A DNA stretch of 64,000 nucleotides, taken from Lingula anatina (lineage: Eukaryota > Animalia > Brachiopoda). A program made the translations under genes and the position numbers. This document shows, in pieces, positions 1-13,402 of the stretch; within the stretch, counting starts at the first letter, position 1, and every line of letters begins with the position of its first letter. The notes beneath the pieces are model-generated. The model saw only the letters and a program-made list of their open reading frames with translations. It did not search any database and was not told the origin of the DNA. Location of the stretch: assembly GCA_051362555.1 (NCBI GenBank), contig CM120641.1, positions 47,188,401 through 47,252,400 of the forward strand, read 5' to 3'.

Positions 1-60
1 CACTTTTGTCAACCGTAGTAGCCAAACATGTAAGATTGAACTCTAATAATTTTGACAGTT

Positions 61-240
61 ACTTCACTGTTGACAGACTAATATTGTAAGTCAAAGTTGC
101 CCAATACCCCTGTATGTAAGCTTAAACTCTTAGAATTTTTTATACAGCTACTTCACTGTTGACACACTCTATTGTAAGTCGAAATTGCGCAATAAAACAA
201 ATTAAATGCTGTCTTCATTGTTGACACACTCTATTGTAAG
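61..240. repeat. Short degenerate minisatellite in intron of paralog 1
   Basis: Recurrent TTCACTGTTGACACACT..ATTGTAAG units at ~63, ~152 and ~215. Confidence 0.55.
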
Positions 241-505
241 CTATAATTAAGGTACTCGAAAATCCAAAAATCGAGTAATTAAGCCAAAGTTGCCCACTTC
301 TACTCGTCATTGACATACATGTATGTAAAGTCTTTTCTTTTTGAGGAAGACATTTTAATCGACACAGTGTGGTTTTTATACATATAATTAGCAATAAATG
401 GCTAGGATCGAGGTACACTGTGATAAAGCTGCCCAAAATTATCACATATGAAACACGTGCTAACATTCATATCCATAACACATAGCTGTAATGTTCCTAT
501 TTCAG

Positions 506-3500
506 AGACACCACTGGCTACTTGGCAGGCTTCCATTATGATTTAATCGACGCAGGTAAATCGACATTTCATTTTAATTGAAATGTTAAGTAATTATCGC
601 ATTTCAACAAATTTGATCACTGTTCCCCCCCCCCCCCCCTCTCCACATTATATGCCCTGTCACTCACTTAACAATTTAAGGACGTATTTCGGTTGCTGAC
701 AAATTATACAAGTTGATATGTAAGGCAGAAATGGGAATCTTCCAAAATTGTCTCAATGTCGCAACTAAGCATGGAATCAAGCGAGATTTCTAGGGATTTG
801 ATGGAGAGTGTGGCCAGAAACAATGGCATATTAGCTTGTAGGGTAACAAAGAAAAGATGACATAATTTATGCAAGGATAATTTTCTGTGTTTTTTTTTAA
901 CTTAAGTTTTGTCTTTTGCACAACAGTCCCAGCGTGAATTCACCATTATGTGTCACTTCTGTATTACCTTGAGCAAGAAAGAAGACATTACCGAGTATAG
1001 AGGTTCACCCTTTTGTTAAAAGCTTAGCCCCAGCTTGGACCTAAATAGAGAAGGACAAGAAACGCGGCATCTTCCTTTGAAGCTATGTGCGTTCGGGTAA
1101 ACATTCGCCTATTGTCTCACATAATCTGTTTTGATAGCTCCACGGGCGTCTGAACAGCTTATTATCAAGGTAGCGCGCGCTGTGCTTCAGTGCATTTCTA
1201 TTGTTTCTCTGCATTGATAACGCAATTTCTCGCAGTCCCTCGTGGTTGCTATGATACAGCATTGCCGCCATCTTGCAGTTGCGAGCACACAGGTTTCCGT
1301 CAACACGTGGAAATTTTTTGAGGGGTTTTCGGCATTTTTCCCCGTTACCTCATAAAAACGGGGTGTGAAGTTTGTCTTCAATACCTGCTGCCTTTCCCTG
1401 TCCGTGAGGTAGTCTCTGACAGGACAGGAATACGCACCCAACGACCGGAAATCTCATTCCTACATGTACCAGTAGCTGTGACACCCCGGAAGATCAATCA
1501 AATTTACACAAGAACTGACTGCTGGTGAATCAGACAAATTAAAAATGGACCTTTTTAGCATGTTTGTGAAATTATATATTACCATTAGGGGCCACTCATT
1601 TCGCAGACAGCTTAAAGAAAAGTACCAAGAATCTGTGTCTGCATCTACGAAAGTAAAAGGATTGAGAAAGTCTCTCAAAAGGAAGAGTAGAATTACAGCT
1701 TGAATTATTACCTAGATTTTCAACAAACAGACAGTATGATCTTGTGCATTTATAACATTTGGGTTTTTTCACTTAGCAATTAAGATATTAATTAGAAATT
1801 TCATCTAGGTTTACATTAATTTTAATTAGTTATTTAAGAGTCAGATTTGTCGTATTAGTTTGGTAGAAAATAATACACCAGGTACCAAAATATGGCTTTC
1901 TGTTTTCAGTAACTGAAAAGCAGTCGTAATTCAAGAACTTATTATAAGTATTTATAATTTTTTTTTTCATTCAGCAACTATCTTTCATTTATATTTTGCT
2001 TTATTTTTCATTAAAAGTTACCCGTTTACAATATGAGATTAATTTCACCAATACTGATCTTATGGTAATAAAAAATACATATATTTGATATAAAAAATCT
2101 TCTTTTTATTTCTTTTCACTTCCTTTTTTTTTTACACAACTTTAAATAATAAAAGATTTGACAAATAAGACGCATATCACTGCAAGAGGGTCAATGTCAA
2201 ATGTGAGTATGAATTTTATCAGGATCAGATTTTTTAAACCTGTAGTTAGTGTATTCTGAGGTAATTGAATATGCAATTTCAATCAAGCAAGAAAAAACTG
2301 TCTAAACATATAATCCATGTTTTTTACATTTGATTTTTTTTTTCATTATAAGATAGGAAATATAAAACAACTTGAGTACATTCCAATATTTATTATTATA
2401 AAAGTAAACATTAAAATTTTAAAATGCTTGTTACAAAGCTAGTGATGATGAATATACAATACATGTGCAGTTTTCTTGTCTTGTCTCTTTTTGTGAAAGT
2501 CATGGAGTTCTTTCCTATTTGTATCCAAGTAGTATTAACTTATTTATAAAAGGTATAAACTAATTTCTCATTGACCTATGTGAATTACTGTCCAAATGTT
2601 TAATTAGTGAGTCCTCTTGGGCAATGGTGCATTGTCCAATTTTAACTTTCCGGCATCTTGTGGAGAGAATCTGGAAGAGAATAAGAATGTTTTTATCACA
2701 AACTACTATAAATGACAATTGCCTTTTTTACTTCTACTTGGACATTTGAGCCACAGGTAAGCCTTATCAAATGCATCTCAAGATTCTACCTGTCAGGTAG
2801 ATTTTCCCTCTAGTTAAATTTACTTCCCTTGTTAGGCATGGACTTTCTAGATCATTATCAGCCAGGTAACTAAGCCGTCTGGCCCTTTGATGATTTGATA
2901 AAGCCAGCTAGGTGCTATCCAAAGGCATGTCTCAGGATTATTTCAAAGATTTCAAGCACCAAGATAATGCAAGGCAATTACAGAGGTGAGACTCTTATCA
3001 CAAATGTGATCAAGATCTACTTTTATGACCATTACCCGAGTAAATATAATCATGAACTTTGCATGTGTACATGTCCACATATACACTTTCACTATAAGAC
3101 CAATGAGGGTGTTTGTCAATCGTCTTTATTCTGTTTAGGGAATCCAATTTAAAAATGAAAAACTAATAATTATTATTCTCAAACTGGAGCAGACTTTAGC
3201 CGGTCATGTGAATATACATATATACTTCAGAGTAGAGTTAATGTCAACTTTGATAAAAGGATATTAAAAGGCCCACAGGTGCGTTTTTTGTGTGTCACAA
3301 TTGCATGGGTGGTGCCATATTGCAATGATAGCCCATATTAAGAGTTAAAATAATAATAATTATCATTCTCAGACTGGAGCTGGCTGGAGCCGGTAATGTG
3401 TAAATATATATATACTTTCGAGCAGTGTTAATGTCAACTTTGATAAAAGGATATTTAAAGAATCACAGTTGCGTTTTTGTGTGTAACAATTGCATGTGTG

Positions 3501-6500
3501 GTGTCATATTGCTATGATAGCCCATATTGAGAGTCAAAAAAATAATAATTATCATTTTCAGACCAGAGCTGACTGTAGCCGGTAATGTGTAAATATATAT
3601 ATACTTTAGAGCAGTGTTAATGTCAACTTTGATAAAAGGATATTAAAAGGATCACAGGTGCGTTTTTGTGTGTCATAATTGCATGTGTTGTGCCATATTG
3701 CAATGATAGCCCATATTGAGAGTTATAAAAATAATAATTATCATTCTCAGACCGGAGCTGACTGTAGCCGGTAATGTGTAAATATATATATACTTCAGAG
3801 CAGTGTTAATGTCAACTTTGATAAAAGGATATTAAAAGGATCACAGGTGTGTTTTTGTGTGTCACAATTGCATGTGTGGTGCCATGTTGCAACGAGAGCC
3901 CATATTAAGAGTTAAAAATATTAATTATCATTCCATAATTCGGGCTCACTTAAGCAAGTAACATAAACCTATACATATAGTACACAGCGGTGTTGATGCC
4001 ACCTTTATCTAAACCGTACGTAAAAAATACCAGACCTAAAACGATGTCGGCGAGTCGAATAAATCGGAGAGGAATTGCGTCATTTCAATTCAAAACACGA
4101 TTTGAGGTTAAATTATTGCCGCATCTATGGCTAATTCTTTACATAGAGGTAAAATTTCGAGACTAGAAATATTTTTCTATCGGATCATAGCTAAAGACAA
4201 GTATTCGACACCGCAGTTGTACAATTTTAAACACTCATTTTACGGCAACAAACACGATTGCCTTCACCATATTGGGCATTTTGAATTCCTCCATGAACAA
4301 ACATACCTTATTCTCATCTAGCATTCAAAATAGCAAAAGAAATTGTACTTACATTTTATCTCTATAAGTGTCTTGACTCATCCACCCGAACGTTTTCCTC
4401 GCGTTATCACCAGCTACCTGTCCAAATGACACAAAAAGTCATCAACAGCCGCGATATGCTCGCTACCTGTACGGGAGGTCACGTGATCCGAACGCACATC
4501 GTTTCGCGAAGAGCTCGCGCTAAGCCGATTATCCTTTGATGTTTCTCTGCGTTACTTGTCCTTCTCTATTTAGGTCCAAGGCCCCAGCTAGTCTAGTCTT
4601 GTGTGACGTCAGCCATTACTGACAGCCTCGGTTTAGACCATCTTGGATGATTTCCATGACAGTATATTGATAAATATAGTAATTACTGAAGACAATATAT
4701 ACGTATACAGTATAATAACACATATTGTCTATTGTACGTGTAATTGGTATGTTAATATACTACAAGAAATCTTATCAACTTTTTATTTCTGAATAATAAT
4801 ATCTCTTCAGTTTGCACCGAGGCCGACATGGACTGCCGCACTGTATGGGACAAGTACAGTAATTGCTGGGATTCCACCCCAGGACAACCCTCACACGGCA
4901 GCCAGGGTACGTGGTGTGTTTTGGTGATTCCTCATTTACTGCCTCGTTTTAGATTTCTTTCTTTTTTTTTTTTTTTTTCATTTTATTACGTTCTTCTCAT
5001 TATTATCACGTTCGCCCCACCATGATCATTAGGCCTATTCTTTCGATTTTGATACTGCTAATAGTATAAAAATTGCCGTTTTCAGATTTTCTTAAAAATT
5101 AACATCTTTTAATTTCCTCCAACAAAATGGCTATAAAACGGCGATGGTCAATAATTTAACGAACGTTAACAAAAATTAATCTTCACCGATATTTTGACAT
5201 AGCTTAAATTAATAAAAGCTTAATGAATTAATCAAATTTGCCCTGTTTAGAAAAATATTACATGATTATTATAGATAGATAAAACGAGGCATATACCTTA
5301 TTGCAATGGAAAGGTATAGATTTATCCTTATTCTTAAAATTGATGTTTCTGGTCTTAAAGAAGTTTTTTTGGAATCGATATTGCCCATGTAAGTTCTGTC
5401 TGTCTACGTATATGCCTGTACTCAAAATGTTTCTGGGGCACGTCATACGCCTTGGTGCAGCGGTTTGTTTCAAGTCATTAATACACAACATTACTGGGGA
5501 ATAGAATTGAACCTAAACATAAGTAGACAAATACAGGGTATAACAACCACTTGGTATTCAATTTGTGTTCAAGTGTATTTTATTCGACCTTTGTTAATTT
5601 TGCAACTTGCAAGAGAGACTGCTAAATTCGAAGTAATATTACTAAAAGTAATATTATTTAAAAAAGTTAGTATGAAGAAACGTGAAGTTTTTCTATTAAA
5701 TCACATTTCAGGTTTGATGGGCCGTTGGTATGATGCTTGCACCGGCTGGTTTCCAACCATAGGGAGAATCCAGGTGTTCAGCTTTTCTTCGCCATTCCTC
5801 AAACCCCCAACCAGCTATTTTTTTACGAAAACGGAAAACGCTGCTTCGTTTTCATCCAGAAATTTAGCCAACAAGAAAATCGGTAAGTCCCTGGGGGTGG
5901 GTTTTCTTGCATGCTGTCCGGTAACGGAATGATCACTCGGAAAGACAATGATTTGGAACGTAGGCCTCAGCAAACATATTTTAGTCAAAGCATATAAACG
6001 CCGATAAGGATTATTGATCAAGTAGAATTCGAAACGGCAATTTTAGGATCTGCAGTTGATTATGACGTTTTAAGTACGTCCGCATTTAGAACAGTGGACT
6101 AACTGGTCCGAGGGACAAATATGGCCGACCCACTTGAATACTTCCCCACGGGGATTTTATTCAGTGTCTATTTAATTAGCGGAAAAGACGGCAACCTTTT
6201 TAGTGTGTCGCCATATTTGACCCTTGGACTACTTAATCCGTTGTTCTGAATGTGGCCTATTTCCATGAAGAATTTGGTCAGCACGTAGTGGTATGTTCTT
6301 TTAAGTTACAATTATAGTTTCTTCAAACAATGTACTGTATTCACTCAGGAAGATTCAGGTAGAAGCTATTATAAAGTAATCGTATTCCCTAATGAAGTTG
6401 TCTTATTAGTCTTGTTTAGTTTTTCTTTGAATAAATGAATCTAGATTAACCTAGATTAACTGTGCCAATGTATTGCCGTTGTATTGTTACTCAGGTAGGT

Positions 6501-7502
6501 AATATAACAGTAATATAAAAAAAACTAAACTTATCTTCTGGATTATTAAAGGTTTTATTGATGGTTGGGCTAGTGACGCGATGTGTTTAGCCAGATGGAC
6601 TGACGTCAAGGGTCAGGACAATATGACCATCGTCCACGTTAATAACCCTGCAGATATCGTTGCCAGGTTGAAAAGTGGAGAAGTAAGATATAAAGCATGT
6701 TCGATTCCGATCTTGGAATGTAGAAAATGTTCAGTGTTCTTGAGACATTGTTGAGAAAACGGAATTTGACTTTGTCATATATTACAGCCGAATTAGCATA
6801 TTTAAATTCATAAATGACGATGAGACATTTCATTTTCCAGTGAATAAGAGTATGCTACTCATACATGTTTGGTGCAAAGTAAATGTACTCCGTTTTTCTT
6901 CACAAATATATAGATAGAAGCGACCTTCGTGACTCCACTAAGCATGGCGGATTATGCATCAAGAGCCAACCCCGAGGTGGAACAAGTTCCCGGGGCTGGG
7001 TTTTCTTGCATGTTGTCCGGCAGTGGGATGATGACACGGAAAGACAACGATTTCAACTCAAAATGGAACGCAGGATACACCAAACTGGTCTCCAGCGGGA
7101 AGTTTAAGAAATTATGCGACGATGCCGCCAAAAAGCACGGTGAGTCGCATGAAAACAGCTCTATTATTCTTCATACACCTGATATCACCTGAGATGTTGA
7201 AATTGGATAGCTTACCTAAATAGAAAATGAAAAGGCAACAACCACAGTTAGTAGGCATAAGCTTTTGTTTACTTAAAATAAACATAATAGTCGTTCGACT
7301 GTAAGTGGTTTCAAAATTGTACAGCAAGAATATATCAGATTCGCACTGTACGGATCACACTTGAAAACAGGCAAAATGAAAGTGATGCAACGATAGCTCG
7401 TCACAATATTGTATGTAAGGCGAAGGTTATCACTTTTATAGTTTTAAGGTATTAAACCTTCTTGTAGGTTCTCGTGGTTCCGTGACCTGTGTCGATGGTT
7501 AG
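506..7502 (+). CDS. Solute-binding-protein family 3 (HisJ/ArgT-like) membrane-anchored protein, paralog 1 (5' exons upstream of window)
   Basis: GT-AG exons with consistent phases: 506-555 (DTTGYLAGFHYDLIDA), 4811-4906 (VCTEADMDCRTVWDKYSNCW..), 5712-5882 (LMGRWYDACTGWFPTIGRIQVFSFSSPF..KKIG), 6552-6682 (FIDGWASD..LKSGE), 6914-7139 (IEATFV..GMMTRKDNDFNSKWNAG..KKLC), 7468-7502 (GSRGSVTCVDG*). Exon lengths 50/96/171/131/226/35 are identical to paralogs 2 and 3; no stops. Confidence 0.85.
1034..4580. mobile_element. Non-autonomous DNA transposon, P-element-like
   Basis: TIR CTTGGACCTAAATAGAGAAGGACAAG (1034-1059) and its reverse complement (4555-4580); 7-bp TSD GCCCCAG; absent from the paralog-2 intron (~35880-35930). 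Internal coding remnant 1545-1703 (KLYITIRGHSFRRQLKEKY..KGLRKSLK). Superfamily is inferred. Confidence 0.7.
3163..3930. repeat. Tandem repeat, ~190-bp unit x4, inside the P-like element
   Basis: Units start near 3163, 3354, 3542 and 3732, sharing GTTAATGTCAACTTTGATAAAAGGATAT and GATAGCCCATATT; no unique spacers. Confidence 0.9.
6078..6258. mobile_element. MITE (hairpin) in intron of paralog 1
   Basis: Imperfect inverted ends (GTCCGCATTTAGAACA..CAAATATGGC / GCCATATTTG..TGTTCTGAATGTGGCC); absent in the paralog-2 intron at ~37080. Confidence 0.55.
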
Positions 7503-7559
7503 AAATATCATGAAGATATCACCAAAAGCGGAAAGAGACTGGAGAAGAACACGTTAAAA

Positions 7560-8065
7560 TAACGTTCTGTTCCGGAAAGAACAATGTACTAAATCCATGG
7601 GCTTGGATTGCTCTCCAAACGTGGAGTGACCTGCCACCTTAGGCGATATTATTCTGCACACACCTTCCAAAAAGCATTCTGCAACATATCCTCGTGCCCA
7701 CTTTTGACCATCGAAGGCAAACAAGAAATACCATTTATTTTCAGCAAATCCAACTTGTTCCTGTAGATGGTTAACCATTTTTTGTAGTTCTCGTCTGCTG
7801 AGTGATTTGTTGCAGAAACCCAATGTTCTGAGGCTGCAGAAACCATTTTTGATTCCTGATAATAAACCTACTGAGCACCCGTGGCATGAGTTGAGGTGTG
7901 CAATTTAAAGGAGAACCAAACGCCTAATAGTCTAGACTAATTTTACCAAGATTTTTAGAAAACATGGGACAATATCTCACCAAACAGAATTGTTACCTTT
8001 GTTGAAGGCAGCCCGCGCCGCCTACAGGAGATAATTAGAGTACGCGGTAAACACACACTTTAATA
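7560..8065. mobile_element. Tc1/mariner transposase remnant in inverted (foldback) arrangement
   Basis: 7565-7745 resembles 51020-51150 (transposase on - strand) and 7790-8065 resembles 51355-51630 (+ strand, degenerate SPDxNPxEHxW motif, here IPDNKPTEHPW). Confidence 0.65.
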
Positions 8066-11000
8066 GACTAGATTAGCACTTGTTGTCGCTCGGACATCAT
8101 TGATCGGTAGTGAAAAATAAGATATTACAAAATCTATGCAAAAAAATACTGAAAAGTCTGACATCTTCCCTCTCAAAAAATTTATATAATTTACAATGTA
8201 AATTACTTTCAACGTTACAGGAATTTCAATATTCGCTTCTTAAAATAATACAATAATACTAGACATTGTTGTCACTTGGATATCATTGTTAATATCGAAT
8301 ATGACAAATTAAGGCTCTAGACACGTTACACAACCTTAACTTTCTGGGATTTGTAAAAATTGTTAAACTAACGTGGTATTTAAATCTGAATATATTTTTA
8401 GTTAAATTTTAGTTAAACCAACTCTAACTTGCAGACACACACACACATAAAACTCTGGTTTCCGTTAACTCATTTCTTAAGAATATATATAATTATAGTC
8501 TTTTATTGAAATACAGTAGAAATCAAGAACCTGGACCTTCAGCTTCATATGAACATGAGAGAAAAACAGCCTCCCTAAATATACTGTTATGCCAAGAAAA
8601 GATTACAAATGAAAATAATTAGTCTTTGGTAGTTTAAAATAAATTAATATTTCAGAATATGTTAAAAACAACTTAATAATATCCGGTACTTTATTTAACA
8701 GCCGATTTATTGCATAGTGAATAGCACTTCACCTGCAACTCCAAATTTAGCTACCAAAACATTATATAAAAGTCAAACTCTCGATATCCAATTTCGCAAC
8801 AAAAACATACATTTACATAAGAAAAGATGCAAAAAATGCAAAAGGTACAAAAGATCAAGAAATAGGTCCACATATACAATAATGTAGAACCTAATATTTA
8901 ATGAAACCGGAATCAGCAGCCACCAGTAGGGCACCAACATTCCAATGACTAGATCAAAGTTGAATTGCAAACTGAAAACAATGAATGTGATAATGATTAA
9001 ACTTAAGCACATTTAAAAGAAAAATCTCATTTTTACATTTTTCATGTGACATGATAATTTTATCCCCCCCCCCCCCCCCCAATATTATGTGGTTTTTAAT
9101 GTAATCAAATGTGTCACAAATTTACAATATCTGAAAAATACTTATGCTAAATATATGTAACTGAAATTAAGGCAGCTTTATAAAGTGTGTAGAAAAAGAA
9201 AGATACCACATAATGACTCACACATCATAAGATTTATAACTCCAGGTAAAGAATGTATATTTCACAGCTAACCTTAACTTAGGCTCTGACCAGAAAATTT
9301 TAAAAGCTATCGCTTCCAGCAATGTGAGCTTGACACAGACGATAAGGACAAAGCATGAAGTCCACATATGCACAGTAATCCAGTCCCAGGTAAATACAGC
9401 TATTAACCAGAAAGGACAAAGAATCAACTGGGGTAAAAATCTACACCACTGTCCTAATGTAGGAGGAGCCTGAAATTGAAAAGAAATACACCGGTTCTAT
9501 GAATTATATCAACTCCCAAAGTGATGCTCTACAAAAGTTTCTTCTTTAAAATGCACATCTCAAAATCTGCAAAAATTAACACTGCAAATAAAATTACACA
9601 AATAGTTTCTTCATTTCTGCAACATTAAGTACGCGCGCGTCGCTGTCACTTTTCACCAGCACTTTTTCATTAGAATGTCTGTATTTAAACAAGCTTGAAA
9701 AGGAAATTTCTGCAAAATAGAATGGTTTGCACCTACCCTATTAGCCATCAGCATTCCATCTGAGACATTAGCCACAGGAACGACTTTATGTATAAATGGA
9801 AGGAAAGAATCTTGGTAGTCGTACCAGTATAGGCAGAAAAACAGGAACCTTGGATGATGCCTTATGCCGATCGCTAAAATAATAGTCTTGACAGGAAAAA
9901 GTGCCTGAAAGAATCCCCAGTGTAAATGAATACATTATGCCGAATAGTTTGGAAACCCGTGCCCACCAGTTGGACTACATATTGGGTTCCCTCTATTTTC
10001 TAGTGACATTTGCAGGTACTATATAATATAAAGAGAAAAAACATCAAAATGATTAAAATTGCAGATAAATCACTTTATACATGTATTAGTTCATGTACAG
10101 TGTATGTTTAAATAAACCTACATGGGCATTAACACTTGCCTTGTACTCCCACAAGTTTTTAGGTGGTTTCACATCCAGATGCTATGCTACTTTTATTGCC
10201 TCCAGTAGTGCTCTTTTGTGAACTGGTGGAATAGATGTTCCAACTATTAACCCTAAACCGTCTTCTTGTAAGCTGCTCAGCAGACAACCATCTGATGGAA
10301 AAAAGAAAAAGTTATGCAGCCACATCTAAACACAACATCAACCTATTCATCTATATTATACAGCACCATCACTTTTCAACAGCCCAATTTTCCCTACGTA
10401 ATCTCATTTTCATGTCATAAAATGATAGGGCTCCCACAAGTAATGTTAACATACTCGACGTAGTCCATTGCTCCTTGCGATGTCAAAATGGAAAACCATA
10501 CGCTACATTGTATTTCACCACACAGTACCCGCAGCATACCATGTACGTAATTTACATGAAGCCTTATATCCCAGTATCAGATTTATACATACTGTATTTC
10601 TCATAAACGTATAGTTACTTAAATTATTGATCAAACCTATTTGATGTTCCTTGAATTTCCCAGCATACATTTGTTTGGCCCATTCGCCATGTTCCCCAAT
10701 CCAGTCAGCGACCTCTTCCACAGACCACTTTTGCATTGGTTTGTTCACCACTAAAGTACTGCCACCTCCATTAAACCAACTTAAAGTCAACCAGGCAAAC
10801 TTGAATATCAGAGAAATAATAAATGGTAAAATGAAATAAATAATTGGTAAAACACTCACCTGTGTCTACCCTAGGGATTATCATGTCATATAAATGTTGG
10901 AATCAAAGAAGCAATGTGTTCATGTGTAGCACTGTGTTGGGAGTGGCAAAGTAGTTAAAAAGCAACCAGTCTAACATATACTGTAGTCATCTTCTAAAAT

Positions 11001-11650
11001 ATAAAAGTTGTTAAACTCCCTCAACCCCCCCCCCCCCATCCGCTCCCAAATGAAAAAAATGTACTGATTGGGATACAGTTCTGAACATCATTTGTATCTA
11101 AAGGCCCTTATAAACTAAGCCCACACTTAGGTGCTGAGGTTGTAAACATACCAATGCAACTGTTAGAAATATGCACAGTCCAGAACAAAATCCATCAGCC
11201 AAAGCCCAACCAAACAACTGGTTAGCCGGGTTTCTTGGTGGAGAATTGTGCTGAATAACTGTTCTTAAAAAGAGCACCAATTGTTGCTGAGTCATCTTTC
11301 TGTCAAATTCTGCCATTGCCAGAGCTAAATTTGAATCTTTTTGTAGTTCATTCCATCTTTCTGTATATTTTTCTTTCAAGGATTGCTTTAGTAATGATCT
11401 GAAAATAGAATAATTCACTGTCATATTATGACTAAATTCGGGTCTCCCAAATAGTGATGAAGCCTATTTTGTCAGATCTATTTACTCACATAACTGTAGA
11501 ATTGCTTTATGTATTCATGAGATCCAGCTGAATCAACCATTTTTTTGTGTAATATATGAAAATTTGAATGCAATGTGCACAATTCCATGCCACCATTTGA
11601 AGCTAATGTCATAATGTACATGGTGTCCCTCTAATTGTGCCTTATCCTGT

Positions 11651-11766
11651 ATATGTTACAGGCAAGATTGAAATCCAGGTAGAGTTTAAAATTGCCCAGA
11701 TGGAAATTTCAAACTGGCGTAGGCAGATTTAAACCAGCCTTGATTTCAATCTTACCTATGACATAT
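11651..11766. mobile_element. Short hairpin/MITE in BFAR intron (right arm truncated in copy B, 21964-22070)
   Basis: Imperfect inverted arms ATATGTTACAGGCAAGATTGAAATC / GATTTCAATCTTACCTATGACATAT. Confidence 0.55.
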
Positions 11767-11999
11767 TTCTCACCCCAGGCAAAATAGCTGAAGGAGCTTA
11801 CCTCAGGTTAATATTCACTTTAGGGTGTCCAACCCAAGCCTGTTGACAAACTGGGCAGGTTTGTCTCTGACCAGCCAGATACCACTGTGCCAGGTAGTGT
11901 CTGCATAAGTTGTGTCCACAGTTGTTGTTGGATCAATCATCAATTCCAAACAGACAGGACAATTGGAATCCGTTTCTTGCAGCTTTGACCCCTGAGTAA

Positions 12000-12214
12000 G
12001 ACCCCATCTCCAGAGATTAGATCGATCTACTTTAGATCAACCTAACTCCCTGGGGGTTCACGCTAAATAGCTGTCAGCCAAGCGGACACGAAAGTTAATT
12101 ACCCCCTTACAGCTTGTAGTAGGCGGGACGGACATTTAAGCCGGATTATCTGACAGTAATCTAGTGAGACTCCCCACGGGGATAGATCGATCTAAAAGCT
12201 CTGGGAATACAGCC
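12000..12214. mobile_element. PIF/Harbinger-type MITE inserted in BFAR copy A coding exon
   Basis: TAA TSD (11997-11999, 12215-12217) and imperfect TIRs containing CCAGAG..TTAGATCGATCTA. Removing it restores MSVHIDMTPFLTQGSKLQETDSNC. A second family member lies at 37724-39562 in the opposite orientation. Confidence 0.8.
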
Positions 12215-12524
12215 TAAGAAAAGGTGTCATGTCTATGTGAACTGACATGATTCTTCCTTTAAGATTAAAATCCTCCTTGCTTCTTACAACTTCCTGAAAG
12301 GCAAATTAATGAAGTACATTTAGTGTTTTTAATTGTTTGATATTGTTCTGAAAAATAGTTAATGATCATTAACTTTGTGTATCTATTTTAATAGTACAGT
12401 GCAAAACCTGCTACTATATTAAACAAAATAATTAACAAGAGAGGCAAAAACCATTTTAACCATTCATAGTATTTGCCTTTCTTTGTCAATCAGAATAAAG
12501 GAGCCGCCTAATTGGCAAACCCGG

Positions 12525-12656
12525 TGTAACGTGAAAGAGAGTCCCCCATGATAGAGAGTCCGCTTACCATTAATTTTTTACAGGTAAGCCTCGCCCTAAC
12601 CCTAACCATGATAAATAAGTGGAGGGTGGCCTTTTTGGACTTTCAGTTTCGTTACA
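12525..12656. mobile_element. Short Ginger1-like MITE
   Basis: TGTAACG...CGTTACA termini flanked by CCGG / CCTG. Confidence 0.4.
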
Positions 12657-12769
12657 CCTGTACCGTAGCAATAAGACATGCAAAAATTATTTCACGTGTT
12701 TCACGTTTTCCGAGGCGCAGCCCATATTATCAAAGATGTCATTCATGAGTGGGAGGGGGTAGGGGTGAA

Positions 12770-13402
12770 TTTCGTCACTTTATTTAACTTTCTGTAATTT
12801 ACACAAATCCCACACTGCCATCGCTTTTCGGTACTAAAACCAACGGGTGCTCCACTCAGAACGACTAAAGGAGGAAAAATGTCGTTTACAAGTTTATCTC
12901 TTTGTCGACCAATTTTCTTTTTGCTAAAGGCGCTCGATAGACCCAAAGTTGTACCGTCCGATTGTTGATCCCGAATGCTTCCCCCACCCCATTTTAATTC
13001 GCCTGAATATCTCCCTCCCCAGGTTTTATTGTTCAGTCAAAGTAATGGCCTCCTAAAGCGTTGTGGGCCAGCACCTAACCATTAACTCTTCTGCTAAATT
13101 TCTATTTGCCAGCACACACACGTACACCCTAACCACAAAACGCTCCGTTTCCCCCTGTCCCTGAAAGATGAACGCTCTGCTTGCGCTTTCCCTTAATATC
13201 ACCAATTAGACCTCGGACTTGTTTCGAATGCTGGCTGCATCGTACCTTCTAGTTCTGATTTTAATATTTCTTCTTCGTTCGCTGACAGGGAAGACCGCTG
13301 GTATGATTTTAACACCACACACGTTGTCCAATTTCTATCATTGGGGGAATTTAAAAACCTTTCAATCGCCTGCCTGAGTGCACCTCTCAAGGGTTTTGTC
13401 AC
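12770..13402 (-). mobile_element. Degenerate Gypsy LTR retrotransposon fragments
   Basis: ICVNYRKLNKVT matches the Gypsy RT motif CVDYRKLN. Upstream possibly gag-like remnant 13040-13400, shared with 24840-25110. Confidence 0.55.

Larger units (their letters stand above)
8773..12248 (-). pseudogene. BFAR: Bifunctional apoptosis regulator-like, copy A (pseudogene)
   Basis: Exons 12248-11802 (RING), 11398-11152, 10799-10637 (SAM), 10291-10140, 9904-9737, 9469-9273, 8971-8773. Lesions: 215-bp MITE at 12000-12214, 4-nt deletion in the RING (near 11923) relative to copy B, CRHC->CRHY, and an in-frame TAG at 10182-10184. Confidence 0.82.

Noticed and set aside
3163-3930. CRISPR-like array
   Set aside because: Whole ~190-bp units repeat with no unique spacers, there are no cas genes, and the context is eukaryotic.
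5465-5932. 155-aa ORF as a standalone gene
   Set aside because: Only 5712-5882 is conserved in frame among paralogs; the rest is intron read-through.
10235-10420. Duplicated + strand ORFs (also 10651-10839, 20604-20792, 21016-21204)
   Set aside because: Antisense shadows of BFAR exons; their conservation is explained by the duplication.
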